From NCBI GenBank assembly GCA_037968895.1, contig JBBKWJ010000175.1, positions 1,166 through 65,165 of the forward strand: a stretch of DNA of 64,000 bases, read 5' to 3'. The stretch is from Acidimicrobiales bacterium (GTDB taxonomy: Bacteria; Actinomycetota; Acidimicrobiia; Acidimicrobiales; SZUA-35). The notes under the pieces were generated by a model. The model had not been told where the DNA came from, searched no databases, and saw only the letters and a list, made by a program, of their open reading frames with translations. Shown here piece by piece: positions 47,846-56,550 of the stretch. Both the position numbers and the translations under genes were made by a program. The number at the start of each line of letters is the position of its first letter. The first letter of the stretch is position 1.

Positions 47846-48709
47846 GTGCGGGAGCTGAGATGGATGCAAACAGTGGTGCCCTTTTGCCTGCTTCTCGCAG
47901 CGTGTGGGGCAAGTTCGTCGACTGCCACCGCGACCGCCGACCAAGAATTCGCGTCGATTGATGACGTCAATATCGACGTCGGCGCGTATGAGGTTGCGGT
48001 CACATCAAGCGGGACTGAGCCGTTTGTTTCGTTATTTCGGCCACCCGCAGTCGGCCTGACCGAGACATACGACGTTGCTATTTGGCACACCGATGCGTCA
48101 GGCCGCGAGCAGGGGACTACGGCGAACGTGGAGATCACCGTCTTAACGTCGGCCGCCGATGGATCGGCGACCCAACTTCTTGCCCGCTTTGACGAGATTC
48201 AAGCCTGGACTGACCCGGACACACTTGACGTTCGTCTGTCTGATGACCTCTCGAGACTCTCCGGAGCGACAACGACATTTTGGCTCGATTCCAACCGAGT
48301 CGTAGCCCAAAGCACCACCGACTCGTCTTCGGCCGTTGTCGGTGCTGAGGCAACCGCGCTCGCCAACGAGCTATTTGATGTCCCCACCCTGCTCGCCGTG
48401 CCAACACCGGCGCAAGCACTTGGCGAGAACGCCACCTGGTCGGGCTCCACGAGGGCTGCGAACGGTGTAGAAACCGTGATCTCGGGGCGCGTCGATTCGG
48501 TGTCATCAGGCCGCTATCAAATCGTCATTGATCTGCAGCTAAACGCAGGCGCAACTGAAGCGAGCGGCTCGCTCGGCACGGGTCAACTCACCATAATCGG
48601 GGACGTCGATGCACCGTTTGCCGACAAGAAGCACCTCGTCGTAGAGGGTGCCGATGGTTCAGGGGCGGTTGCGACGATCGATTTTGTGCTCACCCCAGAA
48701 GGTGGCTGA
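47846..48709 (+). CDS. Hypothetical lipoprotein
   Basis: Lipobox LLAAC; long ORF filling the gap between genes; no recognised domain. Confidence 0.65.
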   Translation: MRELRWMQTVVPFCLLLAACGASSSTATATADQEFASIDDVNIDVGAYEVAVTSSGTEPFVSLFRPPAVGLTETYDVAIWHTDASGREQGTTANVEITVLTSAADGSATQLLARFDEIQAWTDPDTLDVRLSDDLSRLSGATTTFWLDSNRVVAQSTTDSSSAVVGAEATALANELFDVPTLLAVPTPAQALGENATWSGSTRAANGVETVISGRVDSVSSGRYQIVIDLQLNAGATEASGSLGTGQLTIIGDVDAPFADKKHLVVEGADGSGAVATIDFVLTPEGG

Positions 48710-49832
48710 GTTCGGCTCGTTTGATCTTGCCGAGGGCCGTCCGGGGGATCGCCTCGACGACTTTGATTCGGCGGGGGGCGTACCACACCGGCAGCGACTC
48801 CTTCACCAGAGCCCGTAGCTCGACCAGGAGGGGCACCGCTTCTGGGCTGGCCACGACGAGGGCAACAAGCTCGTGACCCCAATCGGGATGGGGCACGCCA
48901 ACGACGGCCACGTCGGTAACGCCAGGCGCCCCCGCGAGCGCGGCCTCTGCTCGTGCGGGCCAGACCTTCTCGCCGCCCGTCATGATGACCTCTTGCTTTC
49001 GACCGCTCACAAACAGTGAGCCATCGTCGTTCCACCCTCCAAGGTCGCCCGTTGCGAACCAGCCGTCTGTCTTTGGGTCGGCGTCGAGGACCTTGTCGCC
49101 AATCCGTTGTCGGTACGCGCGAAGCAGCATCGGGGCTCGAAGATGAATCTCGCCAGACTCGTCAATCTCAATTTCGACCCCCGCGATCGGATGGCGGTCG
49201 TACACGACGCCCGAGCCGGTCTCGGTCATGCCGTAGGTCGCAAACACGTTGGCCGGGCGATCGGCCGGGGGAGCTGCACCTCCGATCACAATGGCTTCGA
49301 AGTCGTCTGGGTTGATCTGCGACAGCGCCCGCGTGACAAGAGAGGTGTGGGTTACGCCAGCCTTGGCGGCGGCAGTCGCGGCAGCGGCACTAAACCGCTC
49401 GTGCACGACGAGGGGCGTGTCAGTGAGGAGAGCTCGTGTAATAACCGAAAGGCCGCCGATATGAGCGACCGGCAGGCACGCAAGCCAGGTGTGGCGCTGT
49501 CGGTCGACGCCGATGTGGCGTGAGGTCGCGATTGCTGATGCGGCCACCGCATCGTGAGTGAGGATCACGCCTTTGGGGAGACCGGTTGTGCCTGACGTGG
49601 CCAAGACGAGTGCATCGCCGGCTTCGGCCGGTTGACCGCCTGCCAGGGCCCGGCGCTCGCCATCGGCCTCGACGATCGCGGTTGGTGCGACTACTGACAG
49701 CACACGATCTTGTTCGGACCTTGGTAGGCGGAGGTCAAGGGGGAAGACGGCGTCGCCTGAATCCCACACTGACTGGAGTGCGTCGACGAAGGCTGTTCCG
49801 GCTGGCAGCGCGAGGGCGACGACATCTGGCAT
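48690..49832 (-). CDS. menE: o-succinylbenzoate-CoA ligase
   Basis: TSGTTGLPKG, HIGG, TYGMTET, TGDLG, TGGEKV, PRTALGK; men cluster context. Confidence 0.88.
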   Translation of the reverse strand: MPDVVALALPAGTAFVDALQSVWDSGDAVFPLDLRLPRSEQDRVLSVVAPTAIVEADGERRALAGGQPAEAGDALVLATSGTTGLPKGVILTHDAVAASAIATSRHIGVDRQRHTWLACLPVAHIGGLSVITRALLTDTPLVVHERFSAAAATAAAKAGVTHTSLVTRALSQINPDDFEAIVIGGAAPPADRPANVFATYGMTETGSGVVYDRHPIAGVEIEIDESGEIHLRAPMLLRAYRQRIGDKVLDADPKTDGWFATGDLGGWNDDGSLFVSGRKQEVIMTGGEKVWPARAEAALAGAPGVTDVAVVGVPHPDWGHELVALVVASPEAVPLLVELRALVKESLPVWYAPRRIKVVEAIPRTALGKIKRAELSHLLG

Positions 49833-49877
49833 GCCGTTAGGCTAATGGCCAAGGTTTGCGACGGCTATGGTCTGGCC

Positions 49878-50798
49878 GTGACGCAGATCTGGATCAACGG
49901 CGAGCTTCGACCATTCGAGGAAGCGACCATTCACGTGCTGAGCCACGCAGTGCAGCGGGGCTCCACTGTCTTCGACGTCATGCGCGTCGTCCAAGGCCCC
50001 GATGGTCCGGCTGCCTTTGGTCTTCGTCAACATGTCGCTCGATTCCAGAGGTCAATGGCGTTGATGGGTATGGAGCCTGAGTATTCGGTTGGTCAGCTTG
50101 AAGAGGCCGTTGCCAAAACGGTAGTTGCGAACGACGGAGCGGCCACCGTCAAGCTCGTCGCGACGTGGGGTGATATTCCGCTTGGAACGATGCCGTCTCG
50201 GCTGGCCCCGACCATAACGGTTGCTGCGTTGCAGCCGAGCGACATGGCCGTCTCGGACAGCGATCCAGAGACAGTCAGGTTGAAAGTGGCAACTGGACCA
50301 AAGATGCCAGCTGCGGTCTTGCCGCCTGCGCTCAAGGTTGGGGCCACCTATACCGCAGCTATTCGTGAGCGATTCGTCGCTCGGAATGAAGGTTTCGATG
50401 ACATCGTCTTTCGCACCGCCGATGGGCATCTCGGCGAATCGACGAGCCAAGCAGTGTTCATCGTTCGGAGTGGCCGTCTACTTCTCCCGAGCCTTGACGT
50501 CGTCCTCGACAGCATCACTCGGCGGGCTGTCTTAGACATTGCGCACTCGGCTGGCATCACGGCTGAGGTTCGAACTGTCGAATGGGACGAGGTCATAAGT
50601 GCAGACGAGGTGTTCCTCTGCTCGACCAACCACCCGATCTGGCCGGTGTCCGCCATCGATCAGGACGAGTTTGTTGCACCCGGACCGGTCACGGCGCGGT
50701 TGGCGGTCCTGGTCAACGATCTCCTTGGCTCGACGCACGAGTTGTCGAAGCGCTGGCTCACGCCGCTCTACGCCGTTGCGGGGCGAGAATCTAAGTAA
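49878..50798 (+). CDS. PLP-dependent aminotransferase class IV (BCAT / D-amino acid aminotransferase / ADC lyase fold)
   Basis: HVARF, ALKVGATY (Lys), GEST, SITRR, ADEVFLCST, PGPVT; GTG start 6 nt after TATGGT. Confidence 0.85.
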   Translation: MTQIWINGELRPFEEATIHVLSHAVQRGSTVFDVMRVVQGPDGPAAFGLRQHVARFQRSMALMGMEPEYSVGQLEEAVAKTVVANDGAATVKLVATWGDIPLGTMPSRLAPTITVAALQPSDMAVSDSDPETVRLKVATGPKMPAAVLPPALKVGATYTAAIRERFVARNEGFDDIVFRTADGHLGESTSQAVFIVRSGRLLLPSLDVVLDSITRRAVLDIAHSAGITAEVRTVEWDEVISADEVFLCSTNHPIWPVSAIDQDEFVAPGPVTARLAVLVNDLLGSTHELSKRWLTPLYAVAGRESK

Positions 50799-51202
50799 GA
50801 GCGGAGACGAGGAATCGTTGCCTCGATCTGCTTGGCGAGTACGGCGTCAAGTATGCCGTTCCAGAACCGGCCGCTGTAGTGCAAGCTCAGGTCGAGGTCG
50901 CTTCCCGTTTTTGACTCTGTGATTGACGACGTGAGCCGCCACTCGGCATGGTCACGACCGTCGACCTCAGACCGCACGAGCACGAACTCATGTGGGTCGT
51001 TCGCTGGTCGTTCTACCATCCGGAGCCGTTTCGATCGAGCAAGTGGCCCGACGTTCGCTCTGAGCGTAAGGAGCCACGCATCATCGTCCGGTTCAGCCTT
51101 TGTGACGAGCTCGAGCCACTCGGGATAGTTCGCCACATCGCGGACGACGCGAATCAGCGCGTCTGGTGTCGATTGGGTTTCCATCGTGATGAGGTGATCC
51201 AC
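50768..51202 (-). CDS. SRPBCC/START-fold protein (Coq10/RatA-like)
   Basis: VRDVANYPEWL motif, beta-strand pattern and C-terminal helix; ~144 aa; start approximate. Confidence 0.7.
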   Translation of the reverse strand: MDHLITMETQSTPDALIRVVRDVANYPEWLELVTKAEPDDDAWLLTLRANVGPLARSKRLRMVERPANDPHEFVLVRSEVDGRDHAEWRLTSSITESKTGSDLDLSLHYSGRFWNGILDAVLAKQIEATIPRLRSYLDSRPATA

Positions 51203-51250
51203 GCGTGCCAGTCTGCCCGCTCTACGATGCTCTTCAATGAATGGACACCA

Positions 51251-52486
51251 ATGACGCTGCGGGCAACCACTCTTCGTATCGATGATGATCTTGACCCCAT
51301 CGCTGTTGGCGCCGCGTCTGGCCTGCTTTGGGCGCATGGTGGCTTTGCCATTGCTGGTGTCGGTGAGGCAACCCGCATCCCGCTCTCACGACCGGGCGGC
51401 GCATCGGAGAGCCAGGCGGCGCTCACCGCGATGGTCGGCGAAGATGACACTCAGCGCCCTGGCACAGGACCGGTTGCGTTCGCCGCACTTCCGTTTGACC
51501 GCGAGCTCGACGGCGAGCTGATCGTGCCCCAGATGGTGCTTGGCTGCGGGCCAGAGGGTCAGCGCTGGCTGACTATTGTTGCTGATGACGCAAGCCGAAT
51601 TGATGTTGATGAAGCGCGTGGTCAGATTCGAGCGGTTATCGCTGCCGAGCAGCGCCCTGAGCCGTCTGACTACACCTTCAAATCGGTCTTGGCGCCTGAG
51701 TTCTGGCGAGATGAGATCGTCGGTGCGGCTCGAGACAGGATCCTCGCTGGCGAATTGCAAAAGGCAGTGTTCGCTCGCGAGCTTCTGCTGACGACCGACA
51801 AACCTCTCGATCCTGCGGTCATCATTGGACGACTTCGGGCTCGATTCGGGTCAGCGATCCTCTTCAACGTCAACGGATTCCTCGGCGCAACGCCCGAGCT
51901 GCTCGTGGCCCGAGCAGGCGACGTAGTCAGCGCCCACCCGCTCGCAGGAACGGCTCCTCGCGGTGCCGACGCGGCCGCCGATGCGCTGCTGGCTGCGGAG
52001 CTTCTCGCGTCGACGAAGAACCAGTGGGAGCATCTCATCACTATCGAATGGCTGCTCGACACGCTGCTCCCCTTTTGCTCGTATGTCGACGCCGAACCCG
52101 AACCGAGCATCCTCACGCTCGCCAACGTGCATCATCTCGGCACGAAGGTCGAGGGTCGACTCTCGACACCAGCCGATTCGGTGCTGTCGCTGGTCGAGGC
52201 TCTTCACCCGACGCCAGCCGTCGGCGGCAACCCTCGTGACACTGCGCTACGGCTCATCGACGAACTCGAACACGCCGATCGGGGCCTCTATGCGGGGCCC
52301 GTGGGCTGGGTCGACGGGGCCGGCAACGGCTCGTTCGCAGTGGCGATTCGATCTGCGCACCTCGAAGGGACCCAGGCGCGGCTGTTCGCCGGGGTCGGTG
52401 TTGTTGGTGGGTCTGACCCCACAGCCGAGCTCGCGGAGACAAGGTCGAAGTTCGAGGCGCTGATGTCTGCCCTCTGCAAGCCCTAA
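51251..52486 (+). CDS. menF: Isochorismate synthase
   Basis: KAVFAR, GATPELL, LAGT, KNQWEH, HL, LHPTPAVGG, RGLYAG, VAIRSA, FAGVG, ELAETRSK. Confidence 0.92.
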   Translation: MTLRATTLRIDDDLDPIAVGAASGLLWAHGGFAIAGVGEATRIPLSRPGGASESQAALTAMVGEDDTQRPGTGPVAFAALPFDRELDGELIVPQMVLGCGPEGQRWLTIVADDASRIDVDEARGQIRAVIAAEQRPEPSDYTFKSVLAPEFWRDEIVGAARDRILAGELQKAVFARELLLTTDKPLDPAVIIGRLRARFGSAILFNVNGFLGATPELLVARAGDVVSAHPLAGTAPRGADAAADALLAAELLASTKNQWEHLITIEWLLDTLLPFCSYVDAEPEPSILTLANVHHLGTKVEGRLSTPADSVLSLVEALHPTPAVGGNPRDTALRLIDELEHADRGLYAGPVGWVDGAGNGSFAVAIRSAHLEGTQARLFAGVGVVGGSDPTAELAETRSKFEALMSALCKP

Positions 52487-52523
52487 AACGAACATTTTGG
52501 TGTCAGACACCAAAATGTTCGTT
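52487..52523. repeat. REP-like palindromic element, copy 3; may act as a bidirectional terminator between convergent menF and menB
   Basis: Perfect 18-bp arms aacgaacattttggtgtc-a-gacaccaaaatgttcgtt filling the entire gap between the two stop codons. Confidence 0.85.
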
Positions 52524-53432
52524 CTAGTAGAAGTAGGGGTAAGGGGACCAGTCGGGCTCTCGCTTTTGGAGGAACGAGTCTCTTCCCTCGACGGCCTCGT
52601 CGGTGCCGTAGATGAGGCGAGTGGCCTCACCTGCGTAGACCTGCTGGCCAACTAGCCCATCGTCGATGAGGTTGAACGCAAACTTTGCCATTCGCTGCGC
52701 CGTTGGTGACTTGCGACAAATCTCGGCGGCCCACGCTAGTGCGGTCGTTTCGAGCTCGGCATGAGGGACAACCCGGTTGACCATGCCCATGCGATGGGCA
52801 TCGTCAGCGCTATAAGTCTCGCCAAGGAAGAAGATCTCGCGTGCGAACTTCTGGCCGACCTGTCGAGCCAAGTAAGCCGAGCCAAAGCCGCCGTCAACCG
52901 ACGCCACGTCGGTGTCGGTCTGCTTAAACCGCGCGTGTTCGGCTGACGCAATGGTCAGATCGCATACGACGTGCAAGCTGTGTCCGCCACCGGCAGCCCA
53001 ACCAGGCACCGCGGCGATGACGACCTTCGGCATGTGCCGAATCAGACGCTGGCACTCAAGAATGTGAAGGCGACCAGCTTGCGCGGGATCGATGGTGTCC
53101 GCCGTTTCGCCATCGGCGTACTTGTAGCCATCTTTGCCCCGAATGCGTTGATCGCCACCAGAGCAGAACGCCCAGCCGCCATCCTTCGACGAAGGACCGT
53201 TGCCGGTAAGGATGACCGCCCCGACATCGCCGCTCATACGTGCATGGTCGAGCGCTTTGTATAGCTCGTCAACGGTGTGGGGCCGGAACGCATTGCGAAT
53301 CTCAGGTCGGTTGAACGCAATCCTGACGGCACCAACATCGTTGGCCCGGTGATACGTGATGTCGGTGAAGTCAAAGCCAGCTACGGCAGTCCACGCGGAC
53401 GGGTCGAAGATCTCAGAAACCATCTCACTCAT
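52524..53432 (-). CDS. menB: 1,4-dihydroxy-2-naphthoyl-CoA synthase
   Basis: RNAFRP, FCSGGDQRIRG, GGGHSLHVVCDL, QKFAREIFF, EGRDSF; actinobacterial-type sequence. Confidence 0.96.
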   Translation of the reverse strand: MSEMVSEIFDPSAWTAVAGFDFTDITYHRANDVGAVRIAFNRPEIRNAFRPHTVDELYKALDHARMSGDVGAVILTGNGPSSKDGGWAFCSGGDQRIRGKDGYKYADGETADTIDPAQAGRLHILECQRLIRHMPKVVIAAVPGWAAGGGHSLHVVCDLTIASAEHARFKQTDTDVASVDGGFGSAYLARQVGQKFAREIFFLGETYSADDAHRMGMVNRVVPHAELETTALAWAAEICRKSPTAQRMAKFAFNLIDDGLVGQQVYAGEATRLIYGTDEAVEGRDSFLQKREPDWSPYPYFY

Positions 53433-53510
53433 GCAGTGAGGCTACGAGTTCTTCGCCTGATCACCCAATTCGTTGGCGCTGGGGTGGTTGACCTTCGCTA
53501 CTCTGCTCTG

Positions 53511-54080
53511 ATGCAGCCAGGTTCAATGCATCGAGTCTCCGTGATTGGCAACTCGGGTTCCGGCAAGTCAACGACGGCCCGACGTCTCGCCGAGATTCTG
53601 GGCGCTGAACACATTGAGCTCGACTCGCTCTACCACCAGGCGAATTGGACGCCCCTGTCGAGAGATGAGTTTCGTCGCGTCTTGAGCGAGCGCCTGAGTG
53701 CTGCTGACGATGGTTGGGTTGTGTGCGGCGGCTACCAGTCGATGGTCGGCGACCTTGTCCAGGGTGGTGCTGACACCATCATCTGGGTTCGGCCACCTCG
53801 ATGGCGAAACATGTACCAAGTCGTCGCCCGCACGGTGCGAAGATTGGTACGGGGTGAAGAGCTTTGGAACGGCAACCGGGAGCGATGGAACGCAATGTTC
53901 AAGCGCGACCCAGAAGAAAACATTGTGCTGTGGACATGGCGCAAGCACCCGGTCTACGAAGAACAGTTCGAAACCTCTCGGACCGATGGCTCGTGGGCCC
54001 ACGCGAGCGTCATCGTGCTGCGGACTCGCCGCTCGGTCCACGAGCTACTTACTCGAGTGTCGCTTCAATCGCAGCAGTAG
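53511..54080 (+). CDS. P-loop kinase (adenylate kinase / FlaR-like)
   Basis: GNSGSGKST, ELDSLY, WVVCGGY, ADTIIW, LWNGNRE. Confidence 0.8.
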   Translation: MQPGSMHRVSVIGNSGSGKSTTARRLAEILGAEHIELDSLYHQANWTPLSRDEFRRVLSERLSAADDGWVVCGGYQSMVGDLVQGGADTIIWVRPPRWRNMYQVVARTVRRLVRGEELWNGNRERWNAMFKRDPEENIVLWTWRKHPVYEEQFETSRTDGSWAHASVIVLRTRRSVHELLTRVSLQSQQ

Positions 54081-55725
54081 TCATTGCGACTAGCTCGGCC
54101 TGCTCGGCCAGCGATCGTGCCCGGTCACTCGAAGCGATCAGCATTCTGACACCGTCGATGGAGGAGAGCGCCTCTGGGCTCCATGGTTCCACCTGAATGC
54201 CGTGAGCAGCGGCCAAAGTGGCAATGTCGGTGCCGTGTGGCGTACCGAAGAGGAACTCAAACTGGGCCGTCGTCAGATTGGATGACTGGGGGAGGTGGGA
54301 GAAGATGCCGCCTCCGTCGTTGTCGACAACAACGATCGTCAGGTCGATTGGCCGCCGACTGAGCGCCGCAAGCGACGAGGCGTCGTGCAATAAGGCGACA
54401 TCGCCGATGAAACAAATAGTTGGACCCGCCGCGTACGCGACGCCAGCAGCCGTAGCGATCACGCCATCGATGCCGTTCGCGCCTCGGTTGGAAAAGACCC
54501 TTCGCTCTCCCGAGTCTCCGGCGAACCACTCAACCTGACGTATTGGCATAGATGATGACAAAACTACGTTCGCCGTTGCCGGAGACGACAAAAGGATGGA
54601 CCGGGCGACAGCAATCTCACTTGCGGGGTGATGCTCAGCGAACTGAGCGACGGCGGCTGACGCGGCGTCATTCGCCGTGGTCCACTCGGTTGTTCTTCCT
54701 GGAACTGTTGTGAAGTCAGCCTCGAGCAACGCAGTAGCGAGACCTTCCTCAGACAGAATCAACGAGGCGGCCCGATCGGGGTCGATCCAACGTCCGTTAG
54801 GCGTAGCGGCGATAATCGTTGCCCCGCTATGCGTGATCCACTGGTTTAGCGCCTTGCTCGACTGCTGCTCGCCAAACCGAAGTATCACCTCTGGCCTCTG
54901 GGCAACGGTGAAGCGGGCCGTGCGGGCGATGAGATCTCCGAACACCACTGCGTCGTCTGCACTCGCACAGCCTGAACGCTGGTCGGCGATCAGGGGCCAT
55001 TGAAGCCGCTTGGCCAGTTCGATCACCGCCTCTGGGTCGGTGATCCCCGAACCGGCAACGACAACGCCATGCCTCCCGTTCAGGATGTCGACGATGCGAG
55101 CGAGATAGGCCGCGGTCGGCGATTTCGGCTCGGGTTTCCAAGGTATGGAGTTGCTGGTGCGTATTGGGAGTTCGTCTGGCGCTCCATCGAGAGGGTCACG
55201 AAAGGCGAGATTGCAGTGGACGGGGCCCGGCTTTCCTCTTGCCCCGATGGCGGCGGCGACGGTTCGTGCGCCAAAGGGCCGCCATTCGGCGAGATCGGCA
55301 GGGTCGGGGACGCCCGGTTCGACGAACAGACGAACGATTGGCCCGTAAAGATTGGTTTGGACGATGGTTTGCGGCGCCCCAACTCCTACGAGCTCGGGTG
55401 GGCGATCGGCGGTGCACACGATAAGTGGAACCGCGCTGAGGTCGGCTTCAACAACTGCTGCATGAAAATGTGTGCCCGCGGTGCCAGACGAGCACAACAC
55501 GATTCCAGGGGTGTGAGTGGCGAGACCGTGACCGAGAGCGGCAAACGAGGCCGACCTTTCGTCATGGAACAGAGCAACGGCAATTTCTTCGCGATCGTGC
55601 AGCGCCAGAGCGAGTGGCGTCGACCGCGATCCAGGAGCGATGAACGCTCTGGTCACCCCGGCGTGTACCCACTCGTCGACGAGTGTGGCGCAGAAGGTTG
55701 CGGCGGCGGTGATCGGTCGGGCCAT
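54049..55725 (-). CDS. menD: SEPHCHC synthase
   Basis: PGSRSTPLA, DERSASF, SGTA, TADRPPEL, GPVHCN, SSMPIR, NRGANGIDG, GD, NDGGGIF, FGTPH. Confidence 0.95.
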   Translation of the reverse strand: MARPITAAATFCATLVDEWVHAGVTRAFIAPGSRSTPLALALHDREEIAVALFHDERSASFAALGHGLATHTPGIVLCSSGTAGTHFHAAVVEADLSAVPLIVCTADRPPELVGVGAPQTIVQTNLYGPIVRLFVEPGVPDPADLAEWRPFGARTVAAAIGARGKPGPVHCNLAFRDPLDGAPDELPIRTSNSIPWKPEPKSPTAAYLARIVDILNGRHGVVVAGSGITDPEAVIELAKRLQWPLIADQRSGCASADDAVVFGDLIARTARFTVAQRPEVILRFGEQQSSKALNQWITHSGATIIAATPNGRWIDPDRAASLILSEEGLATALLEADFTTVPGRTTEWTTANDAASAAVAQFAEHHPASEIAVARSILLSSPATANVVLSSSMPIRQVEWFAGDSGERRVFSNRGANGIDGVIATAAGVAYAAGPTICFIGDVALLHDASSLAALSRRPIDLTIVVVDNDGGGIFSHLPQSSNLTTAQFEFLFGTPHGTDIATLAAAHGIQVEPWSPEALSSIDGVRMLIASSDRARSLAEQAELVAMTTAAIEATLE

Positions 55726-55774
55726 ATCGGAAAGAGAACCACATATCGGCGGCGCCGTCAGGCATGATAAGGAT

Positions 55775-56548
55775 GTGACCCTCCACAAGACAATTACTGG
55801 GTCGGGGCCTCGACTGGTTCTTCTACACGGGTTCACGCAGAACGCCGAGTGTTGGGGGCCGATTGTTGACGACCTCGCCCGCGACTTCACTGTCGTGAGC
55901 GTCGATGCCCCAGGGCACGGCGATTCATTCCATGACGCAGCTGATCTGTGGGAAGCCGGCCGCCTCGTCGGTGAGGCCGGTGGCGCAGGTCACTATGTCG
56001 GCTACTCGATGGGTGGTCGCATGGCGCTCCACCTCACGGCCCAGATGCCCGAGCTCGTAAAAAGCCTGACGCTCATTGGGGTGACGGCTGGTCTTGACAC
56101 CGACGATGAGCGTTCTACGCGGAGGCGGGACGACGCGTCGCTCGCCGCCAAGATCGACGAGATCGGTCTGGAGGCGTTCCTTGAGTGGTGGATAGCGCTC
56201 CCTCTTTTCGATGGAGTCAGCGCCGAACAAGCCTGCCTCGCTCAACGACTAGAAAACCGCGCCGATGGACTGCGAGCGAGTTTGCTTGCGTGTGGCACGG
56301 GACGGCAGGAGCCGCTCTGGCCGCTGTTACACAGACTTCGCGTCCCTGTTCACGTTGTCGTTGGTGAGCGCGACACGAAGTTCGCCGCTATCGGCCAAAG
56401 GCTGGTCGAGTCTTTCGGCCCAAGCGCGTCGATGACGACGATTCGGGATGCTGGCCATGCCGCTCACCTCCAGATGCCGTCTGAGTTCACCGCAGATCTT
56501 CGATCATTCATCGACAGCATCGGTGCCGACGACGTAGCAGCGACCTAG
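55775..56548 (+). CDS. menH: SHCHC synthase (alpha/beta hydrolase)
   Basis: LHGF, DAPGHG, GYSMGGR, R..RR..D, PLF, GERDTKF, GHAAH; men cluster context. Confidence 0.88.
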   Translation: MTLHKTITGSGPRLVLLHGFTQNAECWGPIVDDLARDFTVVSVDAPGHGDSFHDAADLWEAGRLVGEAGGAGHYVGYSMGGRMALHLTAQMPELVKSLTLIGVTAGLDTDDERSTRRRDDASLAAKIDEIGLEAFLEWWIALPLFDGVSAEQACLAQRLENRADGLRASLLACGTGRQEPLWPLLHRLRVPVHVVVGERDTKFAAIGQRLVESFGPSASMTTIRDAGHAAHLQMPSEFTADLRSFIDSIGADDVAAT

Positions 56549-56550
56549 GT

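Noticed and set aside
52409-52419. GGGTCTGACCC inside menF as another copy of the palindromic element
   Set aside because: No ACGAAC/GTTCGT termini, and it encodes the GSDP segment normal for isochorismate synthase C-termini.
50948-55890. Long N-terminal extensions on menF, the SRPBCC gene, the P-loop kinase and menD in the ORF track (similarly the XDH FAD subunit and btuC)
   Set aside because: They overlap neighbouring real genes; downstream starts fit the domain boundaries and promoter or RBS signals.
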